A DNA stretch of 64,000 nt, taken from Tubiluchus corallicola (Eukaryota > Animalia > Priapulida). The stretch covers positions 207,445 through 271,444 of the forward strand of contig JAQGDQ010000312.1 in assembly GCA_030141605.1 (NCBI GenBank), written 5' to 3'. The translations under genes were made by a program, and so were the position numbers. Shown here one piece after another: positions 11,399 to 21,974 of this stretch; the stretch's first letter is position 1; each line of letters starts with the position of its first letter. The notes beneath the pieces were generated by a model. That model was given only the letters and a program-made list of their open reading frames with translations. It did no database searches and had not been told where the DNA came from.

Positions 11399-12305
11399 AC
11401 TAGTGCTAAAATAATGTGGTATTGCAGTGGTTCTCTGACCTTTCACAGGTGGTCATTTCTAAGAAATTTTTTTGGCCTGTTCTACTTTCATTATCGAACA
11501 CTCGTCGAATACGTCAACATGTTGATAGTTGCCTGCTTCTACCGTCGATGTTGTCAAGTGCAAACAATTGTTTCCAAGGTTTTGTAACTTTCGAAAAAAC
11601 AAATTGTTGCAAGTCACGTTTCAGTTTAAACATAATTTATTTAGGATCGGATCAGACAGTTTGAACATCATGATTTAGGATCCTCACCACAACAGACTTT
11701 ACACACAATTTACAAGAACATTTACAGTAAGACTACACAAGCTGACAAGTTTTACTACAGGAATACATTAGCTGTACTGGAAATCTTGCATTGGCGTGCT
11801 TGGCGGCCTTCGCTTGTTGTTGGCTTTGGCCACCTTGTGGTGATTTTTGGCGTAATCACGTGATCAATTTGATCTGGGTCAGAGGTCTACTGTGAAGTGA
11901 AGATGTGTCATAAGTTGATAAGATATTGTCGTTATCTGTTACAATTGCTTATGATTTTGGGCTAATAACATACGTATATACTCTCATTACGTCATAAAAT
12001 TTAAATTTACTTTCATATAATTGCTAGGTATTAGTTAATACGACAGTACAGTGTGGAGCTCTTCATTATGTAAAATTGACTTTTGGCTAGTGTTGTTTGT
12101 TTATTTGTTATTTTTTGGCACTAATTTCTTATGTTTAGATGGAATGACATGTTTTGGCAAATAAATAGCAAAGAAAGAGCAAAATTTAATCGAAGTTCGA
12201 ATTTGGTTTTTGAAAACCCAAACAATAGACATTAGTAGAAAATGACGGTTAGAAAGTATTAATGTACGATTATTTAAGACTGATGCATTTCGTATCAGAT
12301 ATAAA

Positions 12306-15150
12306 TTACTGGAAGCGTTTAGTAATATAAAGTCATGTATACATTGGAATATTTTACAGTTAGCAGCATAATTAAATTCATCTTTTCCGAATAATAACAA
12401 CTTCAACAGATCATTATTTCCTAAGGCAGCTATATTAAGGTTTTCGAGCAGAAGTATTTCATTTAATTTATCAAACATAACAACCCTAGCTAGTTGTTGC
12501 AATGGGCAGTGCAACAAAAAGTGTTCAACAGACTCAAATCGAAATCCACAGTTACAATTCGGCAATATTGGATGATATTCGGCAATATTTGGCAATATTT
12601 GATGGATAATAATGTATTATCTTTACAGCCTTTAGAGCAAAGGTCATAGTTTAGCTGCGAAAATCCGATTCTCATGCGCGTATGATGCACTGATATTGGA
12701 GGTTTACCAAATGAAAAATGTTTCTTACGCAACAAAAAACTTAAATGAGATTTGAGCTCTTGTTTGAATTGTGAAATGGGTGTAATTTCACGAATGTTCT
12801 GTGGTAAGTTGTTCCACATGTTAATGGTCGATATGAAAAACGATTTTTCACAGCTGACAGAACGGCAATTAAAATTTCTGTATTTAGTACCACTCCATAC
12901 ATAATAGGGGTAACTTCGTTTACCCTTGGCGGCAGAATTGCACTTAAATAGTGGGGCACTTAGTCATTGGTTATTTTGAAAAAAAGACATAGGCGACGAT
13001 AATGGAAGCGTGTCACTAATTTAGTGAAGCCGCTATCAGACAAGATACGTGCAGGGGAAGATCGAAACATAGCGCCAGAACAGATTCTAGCAGCAGTTAG
13101 CTGAATATTTTCTAACAAACGTATACTGTTTTCACTGCATCCTGACCATACTACGTTTCCATATTCGATGGCAGGGAGAATAATCGTTCCCGCGTAGCTC
13201 TGGGCATATTAACAGACACGCGTCGAAAGCTTTAAATTTGCTTTGTCTACCATTTTTGAGACGTGATAATTCCAGTTCAGGTCAGATGTAAGATGGATAC
13301 CTAAGTGTTTGTGAACATTTACAGTTTTCAATGGAGTATTAGATAAATACAGAGTACGATATTGAGGAGCATTGGATTTACGGGAAAAAAAGCATGACTT
13401 CGGTCTTATTTGGGTGAAATTTAACCAGCCAACGTTTGGCCCAGTTTTCAATTATTCTGAGATCTGCTTTTAAGCCCTTTGATAATGTATGTGCGTCATC
13501 CTTTAACGAATCCATTAAACCCGTATCGTCTGCCAAAAGGCGAATATCGGATTCAGTGTCTTCTGTAATATCATTAGCATACACTAAAAATAGAAGGGGA
13601 CCTAAGATAGAACCTTGGGGGACGCCAGATAAAAGTGACTTCGCATCAGATGTATTACCGTTCAGCGTTACTCTTTGTGTTCGGATTCGAAGGTAAGATG
13701 ATAGCCAAGACAGAAGTTGGCCACTTACTCCATACTGCTTTAATTTGAATATCAAGCCTACATGCCACACCTTATCAAAAGCTTTGCTGATAAAAACGCT
13801 ACAGATTTCAGCACCATCGTCTAAACTTGTATACAAATTGTGAACGATTGAAGCTAGCTGGTTAATGGTGCTATCGTTTGATCTGAACCCCGAGTTCTTT
13901 TCAGTTAAAAAGTTAGCAAAGTAGTATCAATAGCAAAGTAGTTATACATCTGATTAAAGACAACGCGTTCTAGAATCTTAGATATAAATGAAAGTAGCGC
14001 CACGGATCTGTAGTTCGAAACAAGCTGTCTATCTCCGCCTTTGTGTATGGGGCAGACCTTTGCAACTTTCCACAAGCTAGGGAAATGACCTGACTGTAGT
14101 GAGAAGTTAAACAATCGGGTTAATGGGCTTGATAATGAATCTGCACAAAGCTTAAGTACTTTGTTGCTTATTCCATCAGGACCTACAGATTTGCTGGCAT
14201 TGACGTTACTTAATAGTGTTTTCACTAAATCTTCCTGTACAGTAATGTGAGACATGTATGTATCAGTCTTCGATACGAATCTGGGTAATGAAGCATTTGA
14301 AATGTTCAAACGGCACTGCTGGGCAAAGTAATTGTTAAATGCATTGCACTTGGAAATCGCGTCACTTATGACAACACCAGCTTCATCTATAATGGGAGGA
14401 ATAAAATAGTCACACGTCAAACTTTTAGTAATTTCCCACCAGACTTTAGGGCATGTTTCAGGATTCAATAGCTTCTCGTTCAGTTTGTCTGAATAGTCAC
14501 GTTTGGCTTTTTTAACAGGCATTCTTGTACTTATTTTTAATAGTAGTATAGGACTGCCACGAAGCATTCGTCCTGTTTGATTTATAATTTCTGTGCGCCT
14601 TTTCTTTTTGTACTCTAAGCTTTCGAACGTGACTATTCGTCCAAGGCTTATCGCGTGGGCGTATTGTTACAATTTGATTAGGCACACAAGAATCAATCAT
14701 TTTCACTAGATTGTCAACAAATAATTGAAAAACAACATCAACAGATTCATTTGAAAACACAGCCTCCCAATTTGCAGCAGAGATTTGTTGATTTAATGCT
14801 GGCTAATCTGCTAAATTATAATTATATACCTTTCTTTTGAAAGCATGACGTACTGGAATTTTGACAAAAATTTTCCCCAAAATAAGGTTATGATCGCATG
14901 TAAAGATTTGTGGAAGCACACCGTAGTTAGTAAATAATCTGGGTGTGTCTGTGATAATGATAATCAAATCCAGTACAGACTTTGACGTACTAGTTACTCG
15001 AGTGGGATCGGTAATTAACTGGAACAATTGATTTTGTACAACAAAATTATTTAATTTAGGGCCCATTGGATTTTCGTTTAGCTCTGCCTGGTCCCAGGCT
15101 TTACATTTGGCATTAAAGTCGCCAACAAATACAATGCTATAGGGGTGCTT
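12306..15150 (-). pseudogene. CR1-like ORF2, 3' part (end of APE, RT, zinc finger), multiple frameshifts
   Basis: Successive ORF fragments 14803-15150, 14512-14760, 13905-14567, 13378-13836, 13209-13451, 12741-12959, 12490-12819 and 12101-12595 carry RT motifs in the expected order. Confidence 0.9.
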
Positions 15151-15311
15151 TGGGGGGAGTAAACCCCTACAGGGCGCATCCCCCGGGTGGCGGATCTGGG
15201 ACCCCTGGCTCACGAGCCAGGGTGCTCCGAATATTCAAATAAGGAGCTGTGGACGAAATCCTTCAGGATAGACCTAGCAAGTCACTGAACTACTTTTTGC
15301 TCAAGTAACTC

Positions 15312-16481
15312 ATGGCGAACACAACTGAAACAACGGCCCCCAGTCCCCGGCAGCCCTTAAATGGGCAGGGGGTGCTAAGAATCTCCGGTACCATGAATTC
15401 CAAGAGTAGAAAGGCAACTAAATTCAAAATTGCAATAATTAACATTTCAACGATGAGAGGGAAGGAGGAAGAGGTGGTGGATATAATGAAAGACAGGAAT
15501 CTCGCAATTGTTGGTCTCAGTGAGACCAGGATGAGGGGTAGTGGAGAAAAGATCCTGCATGAAAACTACAAACTGATTTACAGCGGACAGGATGATGGGA
15601 GGCACGGTGTTGGAGTAGTTCTTTCACCGGATCTGGCTCCCTATGTGGAGAAGGTTGATAGTGTCTCAGAGAGAATCATTGGTATTTCCATCAAGACAAA
15701 GACAGTGGCCTTTTCCTTAATTCAGGTTTATGCCCCGCAAAGTGGAAGACCATCCCAGGAAAAAGATCAATTTTACCAGGACCTACAAGATGTCACAGAT
15801 ACAGCAAGATACAAAGAAAAATTAATAGTTTGTGGAGACTTCAACGGACACATTGGAAGTGTGAGAGATCACGTTGAAACAGTGGTCGGAGCGTTTAGTG
15901 TTGGCGACAGGAATGAGGAGGGAGGCAGGATAATTAACTATGGTCTGCTAAACGGGTTGGCTATAATGAATACCTTCTATAAACACCGAGATAGTCATAA
16001 ATGGACGTACTACGGTTGGAACAGCGAAGCGCAGCAGTACGTCAGCAAGTCGATGATAGATCTCTTGTTGACCTCAGACAAGCGAATATTCCAGAATGTG
16101 CGTGCTGTGCCATCGCTGTCTATGGACTCCACGCACAGAATGGTGATAGCAACACTGACATGGAAAACAGAAAAGCTACCGAAAAAGAAGGGGAAACAGA
16201 GATTTAACATAGAAAAATTGAGAGACTCAGAGACTGCCGACACTATGAGAGAAGTTATAAACAACCAAATAGTGGAAGCTGAAAATAGTGACTGGGAAAC
16301 ATATAAAGAAATCGTTTCATCTGCCGCAGCAGATACATTGGACTCTAAAAAGTCGTATCAAGGAAGGAAGAAAACTACACCTTGGTGGACGGAAGCAGTA
16401 AAGAGTGCAGTTAAAGAGAAGATGAGATGGTTCAGAAAGTGGATGAAGAGAAGAAGACCCAAAGACGAGAAGACGAACTAG
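15312..16481 (+). CDS. RTE ORF, AP-endonuclease part
   Basis: INISTM, GLSETR, HGVGV, QVYAPQ, CGDFNGHIG, MNTFYKH, MIDLLL, STHRMV motifs. Confidence 0.9.
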   Translation: MANTTETTAPSPRQPLNGQGVLRISGTMNSKSRKATKFKIAIINISTMRGKEEEVVDIMKDRNLAIVGLSETRMRGSGEKILHENYKLIYSGQDDGRHGVGVVLSPDLAPYVEKVDSVSERIIGISIKTKTVAFSLIQVYAPQSGRPSQEKDQFYQDLQDVTDTARYKEKLIVCGDFNGHIGSVRDHVETVVGAFSVGDRNEEGGRIINYGLLNGLAIMNTFYKHRDSHKWTYYGWNSEAQQYVSKSMIDLLLTSDKRIFQNVRAVPSLSMDSTHRMVIATLTWKTEKLPKKKGKQRFNIEKLRDSETADTMREVINNQIVEAENSDWETYKEIVSSAAADTLDSKKSYQGRKKTTPWWTEAVKSAVKEKMRWFRKWMKRRRPKDEKTN

Positions 16482-18286
16482 CCAGGAATCGAGCTGAAAA
16501 AGTAAAGAAAGTAGAAAAGAATAGAGTGTGGGAAAACATCGGAGAGGATTTGAAGGCTGACCATGCAGGAACCAAGAAATTGCTCTACTCAATGACAAAG
16601 AATTACAGAAGTAGTGCTAAAGAACAAACCTACGCAATTAAAGATCAAAATGGACAATTGCTCGTGCAACCAGATGACATCGCTAACAGATGGAGAGACT
16701 ACTTTGATGATTTGCTCAACGTACGAGGAAGTGAAGAATTGGAAGTGGATGTGGACCTAGAGATCGACCCGAATGAACTCATCGAGGACATCACGGGAGC
16801 TGAGATCTCGGGGGTCATAACACGGATGAAGAGAGGTAAAGCAACAGGAGATGATGACCTCCCTGTAGAAGTTGTGAAGGAAGCTGGGGAGGAGGCGCAG
16901 AAGCTCCTGCTAACCATAATGCAGGACGCATACAGACAAGAAACTATACCACCAGAGTGGCAGAGAGGAGTCATTAACCCGATATTTAAAAAGGGAGATA
17001 AAGCTCTTTGTGAAAATTTTAGGGGCATTTCCCTATTGTCCCACTGTGGAAAGCTATACAGTAGTATAATCGAGAGGAGGCTTCGTACACATGTCGAGGT
17101 TAGATTGGGAGAATGGCAGTACGGATTTCGACCAGGACGAAATACATCAGATCTTGTGTTTGTGATGAAGATGATAATGGAGAAAAGCTGGGAGTGGGGA
17201 TGGGACAAATTTGCTCTCTTCATTGATATGGAGAAAGCCTTTGACCGTGTCCCAAGAAAGCTGCTTTGGAAGATTATGTCGGAGCCGCCGTATTCTGTTC
17301 CCAAAAAGCTGATAAGAGTTATCAAGAGCATCTATAGCAATAGTGTGAGTAAGGTAAGAAAAGGAGACGTGGAGACTGACTGGTTTAACATCGAAGCAGG
17401 TGTAAGACAAGGAGACGGGTTGTCCCCGCTCCTATATATCATATTCATGGACAAGTGCATCAGAGATACAAACCCACGACCGAACCAGCAAGTCCTCGCC
17501 TACGCGGACGACGTGGCAGTGATGGTGGACACCATACAAGAACTGCAGGGTGTGGCCAGTTCATGGTTATCAACAATGAATAATAATGGAATGAGCATAA
17601 ACACGGCAAAGGGAAAGACTGAGTTCATGCACATAAGCCGTAGAAGAGAGGAATTTGATGTGTATATGGAAGACAGGAAGCTGCACCAGGCAAATTCCTA
17701 TAAATACCTTGGGGTGGTTGTGGATGAAGGAAATATTCAGGAAACGGAGTTGAGTGCGAGGATTGAGAAATATACAAGAAATTTTATGATGATGTATCCC
17801 CTATTGAAAGAGAAGTGCATACCCAAGCAAGTCAAGACAACTATATATAACACATTATTGAAACCAATACTAACATATGGAGCTGAATGCTGGTCACTTA
17901 CAACGAAGACATCCTCAAGACTACAGGCAGCGGAAATGAAAGTTCTTCGGACTATAAGGGGTGTAACAAGGATAGACAGACTCAGAAGTGAACAGATAAG
18001 GTCAGACCTCTCAGTGAAACCACCCTTGAGAGAGATTGAGGAGAGCAAGTTGAGGTGGTATGGGCATATTAAGCGGATGGACGACACGAGACTGGCAAAG
18101 AAATATCTTGAATGGAAGCCGCAAGGCAAAAGACCAGTGGGAAGGCCCCGGAAGAGATGGCTTGATGGAGTTGGGGAGGCGCTTGCGAGGAGAGGAATCC
18201 GACTGGTGGATGTGGAGGAGGAGAAGACGTATGAAGACAGAGACACCTGGAGAGACGTTATCAAGTGTTCGCCGGCTGACAGATGA
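16427..18286 (+). CDS. RTE ORF, reverse transcriptase part (one frameshift near 16460-16475 from the APE part)
   Basis: NFRGISLL, QYGFRPGR, FIDMEKAFD, GVRQGDGLSP, YADD, YKYLG, LTYGAECW, LRWYGH, RPVGRPRKRW. Confidence 0.93.
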   Translation: MVQKVDEEKKTQRREDELARNRAEKVKKVEKNRVWENIGEDLKADHAGTKKLLYSMTKNYRSSAKEQTYAIKDQNGQLLVQPDDIANRWRDYFDDLLNVRGSEELEVDVDLEIDPNELIEDITGAEISGVITRMKRGKATGDDDLPVEVVKEAGEEAQKLLLTIMQDAYRQETIPPEWQRGVINPIFKKGDKALCENFRGISLLSHCGKLYSSIIERRLRTHVEVRLGEWQYGFRPGRNTSDLVFVMKMIMEKSWEWGWDKFALFIDMEKAFDRVPRKLLWKIMSEPPYSVPKKLIRVIKSIYSNSVSKVRKGDVETDWFNIEAGVRQGDGLSPLLYIIFMDKCIRDTNPRPNQQVLAYADDVAVMVDTIQELQGVASSWLSTMNNNGMSINTAKGKTEFMHISRRREEFDVYMEDRKLHQANSYKYLGVVVDEGNIQETELSARIEKYTRNFMMMYPLLKEKCIPKQVKTTIYNTLLKPILTYGAECWSLTTKTSSRLQAAEMKVLRTIRGVTRIDRLRSEQIRSDLSVKPPLREIEESKLRWYGHIKRMDDTRLAKKYLEWKPQGKRPVGRPRKRWLDGVGEALARRGIRLVDVEEEKTYEDRDTWRDVIKCSPADR

Positions 18287-18317
18287 AAATCTACCAGGAG
18301 GATGGTGAGAAAGAGAA

Positions 18318-18800
18318 AGGGGTGCTTAGGTTGAGAGGTTAATAGGTTATAGTAAGATTCATCTAGTGCTGCAATAAATCGGTCTTCACCTGCTGCATCT
18401 TGGGATGGGGACCTATAACAAATGCACATATAGAGTGTGTAAGAGACCTTTAAACTGATCTGTATCCACATAAATCCAAACTGATTCTGTGGTGACAACT
18501 CAGTCCGTGTTTTAAAATGTATGTGATTGGCCGCATAAAATGCTACTCCACCACCATTTCTGTCCCGATCTTTTCTGACTGGATCTTGGAAACCGGAAAG
18601 ACGAATTTCATCATTTGCTATGGAGTGATCTAGCCATGTTTCTGTCAAAACGATGACATCATAATTGTTGGTGTTAGCGACTAACTGCAACTCGTTCAAC
18701 TTAAAGGATTCGTTGTTCGCTGGGAGGCTTCGTACGTTGGAGTGATAGAAAGAAAAAAACTTTGTGTTTGTAGGATTGTTATTAGCGTTTCCGTAACTGT
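18318..18800 (-). pseudogene. CR1-like ORF2, N-terminal APE half
   Basis: FYHSNVRSL...DVIVLTETWLD...RKDRDRNGGGVAFY...CYRSPS. Confidence 0.9.
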
Positions 18801-18814
18801 TCACGTTGTGAATA

Positions 18815-20120
18815 TTATTGAATGTTGCTAGAAGGAGTTTGATTAGACTCTCTCGTGGATAACGCTTCTTTATATTTTGAGTACTCCCTGTACCACGCCT
18901 CGTGTGCGCCACCACAGTTTGAACATTTTACACGTTCATTGCTACAATTGCTGGTTTTATGACTAGATGAACATTTTCCACAGACAGTTTTAGATTTGCA
19001 CCATTTTGTATTTATATATTTACAATTACATGATTATATTTGTAGCAGTTGAAGCACTGTACTGGTTTGTTAGCGACTTCTCGACTTGACAGTACATATT
19101 ACCATAGGGAATGCCATCAAAGATAGCACTTTCTAAATCATCAGCTGAATTAAAACACACTTTAGCTAGGGGAAGCACCGTTCCATCTTTTTTCTTGAAC
19201 CTGTCCACTTTCACGTCAATGTAATGTTTACTAATCTCATGTAATAGTTCATCATCGGTCAAGCTTAGGTCACAGTCTCGTAGTAAGCCAATGATATTTT
19301 GTAGAGGCGATCTAGCTGAAGTCTCTGTGCCCAGGTACGAAGGCAGCCAGTTATCTATCATTAACTTTGCTTCTTCTTTGTGTTTAAGTTGTATCATACC
19401 TTTAGCTGTCTTTCTGATGTTGTCAAACTGCGTTAGAGGGAAGTGGTGGGATAATTGTTTTTTGATGGAGAAGTTTGATTTAACAATTTCTTTATCCTTT
19501 ACATTGCTGATTATTACAGTACGAGACGGATCATAAATGGTTTTGGTTAATTTCATTTTGTCGTCAGACTTGTTTTCTGTTGACAGCTTGGCACTATTCT
19601 CGGCTCTAGGCATCGATACTATATCACTCCACAATGGTTTTGAGCTGCAGCTCATTTTATTGTCTAGAGCTTCAAGTTTATCACTCAACTGGCTAATTCT
19701 AGTTTCAAAATCGGACTGACAGACAGTTTGCTTTCCGGACAGAATATTCAGGACCTCAGTTATTTGATTTCTGTCCTTGCATAATTTAATCAAATTGATG
19801 GCTGCGGTTTTTAAGTCAGCTATAATTTTGTCTTCAGGGCTTGCACTGTTTTCTTTGTTTTCAGTTTCAGTGAAGTGTAGGCTAGTGTCCGAAGTAACTG
19901 TAGCCCTACTGTCTAAGGAAATACATGTTTCTACACTGACAGAATTTCGCCTATTGTTCTCATCTAGGTGATTGTTCTCGCATTTGCTGCAGACAAAAGC
20001 GCAGAGTCTTGCAAGACGTACTGGTGATTTAGCAGACCGGCAAAACTCACAACTTTTTCTTTCTCTAGCTTGTTTGCTAGAATCGATTGATTGACTACTA
20101 ATTGGGTCTTTGTGACTCAT
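18815..20120 (-). pseudogene. LINE ORF1 (N-terminal Cys cluster, coiled coil, gag-like region, three CCHC knuckles), frameshifted near the end
   Basis: 364-aa ORF 19026-20120; in shifted frames QCFNCYKYNHV..KWC, VCGKCSSSHKTSNC and KCSNCGGAH follow. Confidence 0.85.
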
Positions 20121-20549
20121 TGTTCGGGCAAATCAGAACGATTATTGCCACCACCCCAATGGGCACCAAAATAGCTCAACATTACCGATTGCTACACGTA
20201 TTGTGTCGTTTTTTTACGTTTTCTCCAAAAACTTTCAACAGCACGAAAAAAGTATCATAAACGAAAAGTATATATATTCACACACACGTTTTAGTACGAA
20301 TGACTTCACAGTATAACCAGTATAATAGCCACAAATTTCAAGAAATCTGCAAGAGCAATTAGCACAACTAGGTTACAATCTTGCGCATGCGCACTTGTAT
20401 CTTGGTTCTTTATCCTAATTGAAGGAGACATCCGAATGTGGCTAGGACACATCTGCTCTTTCAGTGTCCCCATCTTAGAGGTTTATCCTGGATAATGAGC
20501 TAGATACCAGTCTTGTCGCAGTCTTTATCTGTCGTTTATCGTTACTCAC

Positions 20550-20765
20550 TTGCAGTGAACCGAAGTTTATGCAAAACAAATGGATGGCTGGATGCGTTGA
20601 TAGATTGGTTGATGGAGAGATCGATGGATGAATAAATGAATGACAGACAGACGGACGGACGAACAAGCAAATGACTTGAAAGCAATGGAGCGTCCACAGC
20701 GTTATCACCCACGTGCAAATATTTAAATAAAACAGGTAATGCTTCACTGTTTAAAGCCTTTATGT
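20550..20765 (-). CDS. Probable exon of host receptor gene
   Basis: Acceptor ctgtatgtttttag|, donor GCAA|GTGAGT, 216 nt, phase 1/1, open: DIKALNSEALPVLFKYLHVG...HKLRFTA. The 3' boundary is uncertain because it crosses repeat-like sequence. Confidence 0.5.
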
Positions 20766-20789
20766 CTAAAAACATACAGAGAAAGGACA

Positions 20790-21090
20790 CACAAACGAAT
20801 GAATGAATGAATGAATAAATAAGTAAATAAATGCATGAATGAACAAAACACGACCGACCACCGAACGAACGAATGAGTGAATGAATGAATGAATAAACGA
20901 ACGAACGAGTAAGTGAATGAATGAATGAATGAATGAATGAAGAAAAAACGACCGACCAACCAAACGAGTGAATGAATGAATGAACGAGTGAATGAATGAA
21001 TAAACGAACGAACGAGTGAATGAATGAATAAACAAACGAACGAGACGAGTGAATGAATGACAGACAGACGAACGAACGAACAAACAAGCA
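20790..21090. repeat. (GAAT/GAAC)n microsatellite
   Basis: Seen directly. Confidence 0.9.
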
Positions 21091-21154
21091 AAGGACCTAG
21101 CAAGCAACAGAAAGCGAAACGTCAATAAACAAATGCAAATGGGGGATATTTTAC

Positions 21155-21313
21155 CGTTAAATCTTTCATGTTCAAACATATAGTCACATAAAACGTACAG
21201 TGAAAGGATATATAACATGTTTCGGCATGTTTTTTCTATTGAATTTGTATCATTTTGAAAAGACGTTCTGCAGGTGCGTTCGATCTCTGACGACAAACTG
21301 ACAAAATTTTTAC
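21155..21313 (-). CDS. Probable exon of host receptor gene
   Basis: Acceptor ctgtttctcccctgccag|, donor AACG|GTAAAA, 159 nt, phase 1/1, open: GKNFVSLSSEIERTC...HERFN. Confidence 0.6.
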
Positions 21314-21427
21314 CTGGCAGGGGAGAAACAGAAAGGAAAATAGTTTTTGAAAAAGTTTGAACTTGAAAACTTCTAACAGAGTTTTCACGTTTTAGTGTGG
21401 GTTTATTTAAACCTTATTTATTTAAAC

Positions 21428-21862
21428 CAACGGTTCTCAACCTTTTTAGAGCGTTAACCCCAAGTCGACCACTCAGTGCCTCCATTAACCCCCATCTCTA
21501 CCCCTGGAAGGAAAAATAACTGAAATAATTCAAATTTCAATTTGAAACAGTCCCAGATTCCAGGAATTTGATTGTGATTGTAACAAGTTTGAGGCCGTTC
21601 CCATGAGAAAGCCACCAAGATGTCAACTAGCTACGTCAGATTCAATAGCATTGCGTGGGTGGGGGTAACAATATGCTTTGATCTCACTGTGACACTGTCT
21701 TTAGGTTCACTTATCGCTTAATACATCACTCTGCAATCTAATAACAGGCATGATCTAATAAATAGGTGATTTTTTTTCTTCTGCGTGTAAATTCCCATTA
21801 ACCCCCAGAATTGGTGCCATTAACCCCCTGGGGGTTAATTAACCCCCGGTTGAGAAACCCGG
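21428..21862. mobile_element. hAT (Charlie-like) MITE
   Basis: TIRs CAACGGTTCTCAACC / GGTTGAGAAACCCGG; exact 8-bp TSD ATTTAAAC at 21420-21427 and 21863-21870. Confidence 0.88.
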
Positions 21863-21898
21863 ATTTAAACTTTTAATTTACATTGTTAAAAATCATGT

Positions 21899-21937
21899 CA
21901 AACGTTTCGACAGAGCTGCTGCTGTCATCATCAGTGG
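21899..21937 (-). ncRNA. Minimal hammerhead-ribozyme-like motif (probably degenerate)
   Basis: Minus strand: CUGAUGA-U-GACAG-cagcagcu-CUGUC-GAAAC-GUU. Conserved core, 5-bp stem II, palindromic ACGU stem III; stem I only ~2 bp. Confidence 0.55.
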
Positions 21938-21974
21938 TAAACTTTTACAACATACAACCTGTTTACATAGACAG

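Larger units (their letters stand above)
15151..18317 (+). mobile_element. Full-length RTE-clade non-LTR retrotransposon with 10-bp TSD
   Basis: TSD AGGGGTGCTT at 15141-15150 and 18318-18327; no ORF1; short GAGAAA tail; removing it restores the host APE frame TSQPKHP/YSIVFVGDFNAK. Confidence 0.95.
12093..20393 (-). mobile_element. Near full-length CR1-clade LINE (ORF1 + APE-RT ORF2), frameshifted, interrupted by an RTE
   Basis: ORF1 ~20120-18815; APE motifs (HSNVRSL, LTETWL, GGGV, YRSP, VGDFNA, LDLI, CDHN); RT motifs (KAFDKVWH, GVPQGSILGPLLF, LADDT, HKHLG); C-terminal CxC-H-C finger; AATAAA plus (AAAC)-like tail at ~12093-12110. Confidence 0.92.

Noticed and set aside
17737-18915. 392-aa ORF as a single gene
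   Set aside because: It is a chimera of the CR1 APE N-half running into the antisense strand of the inserted RTE.
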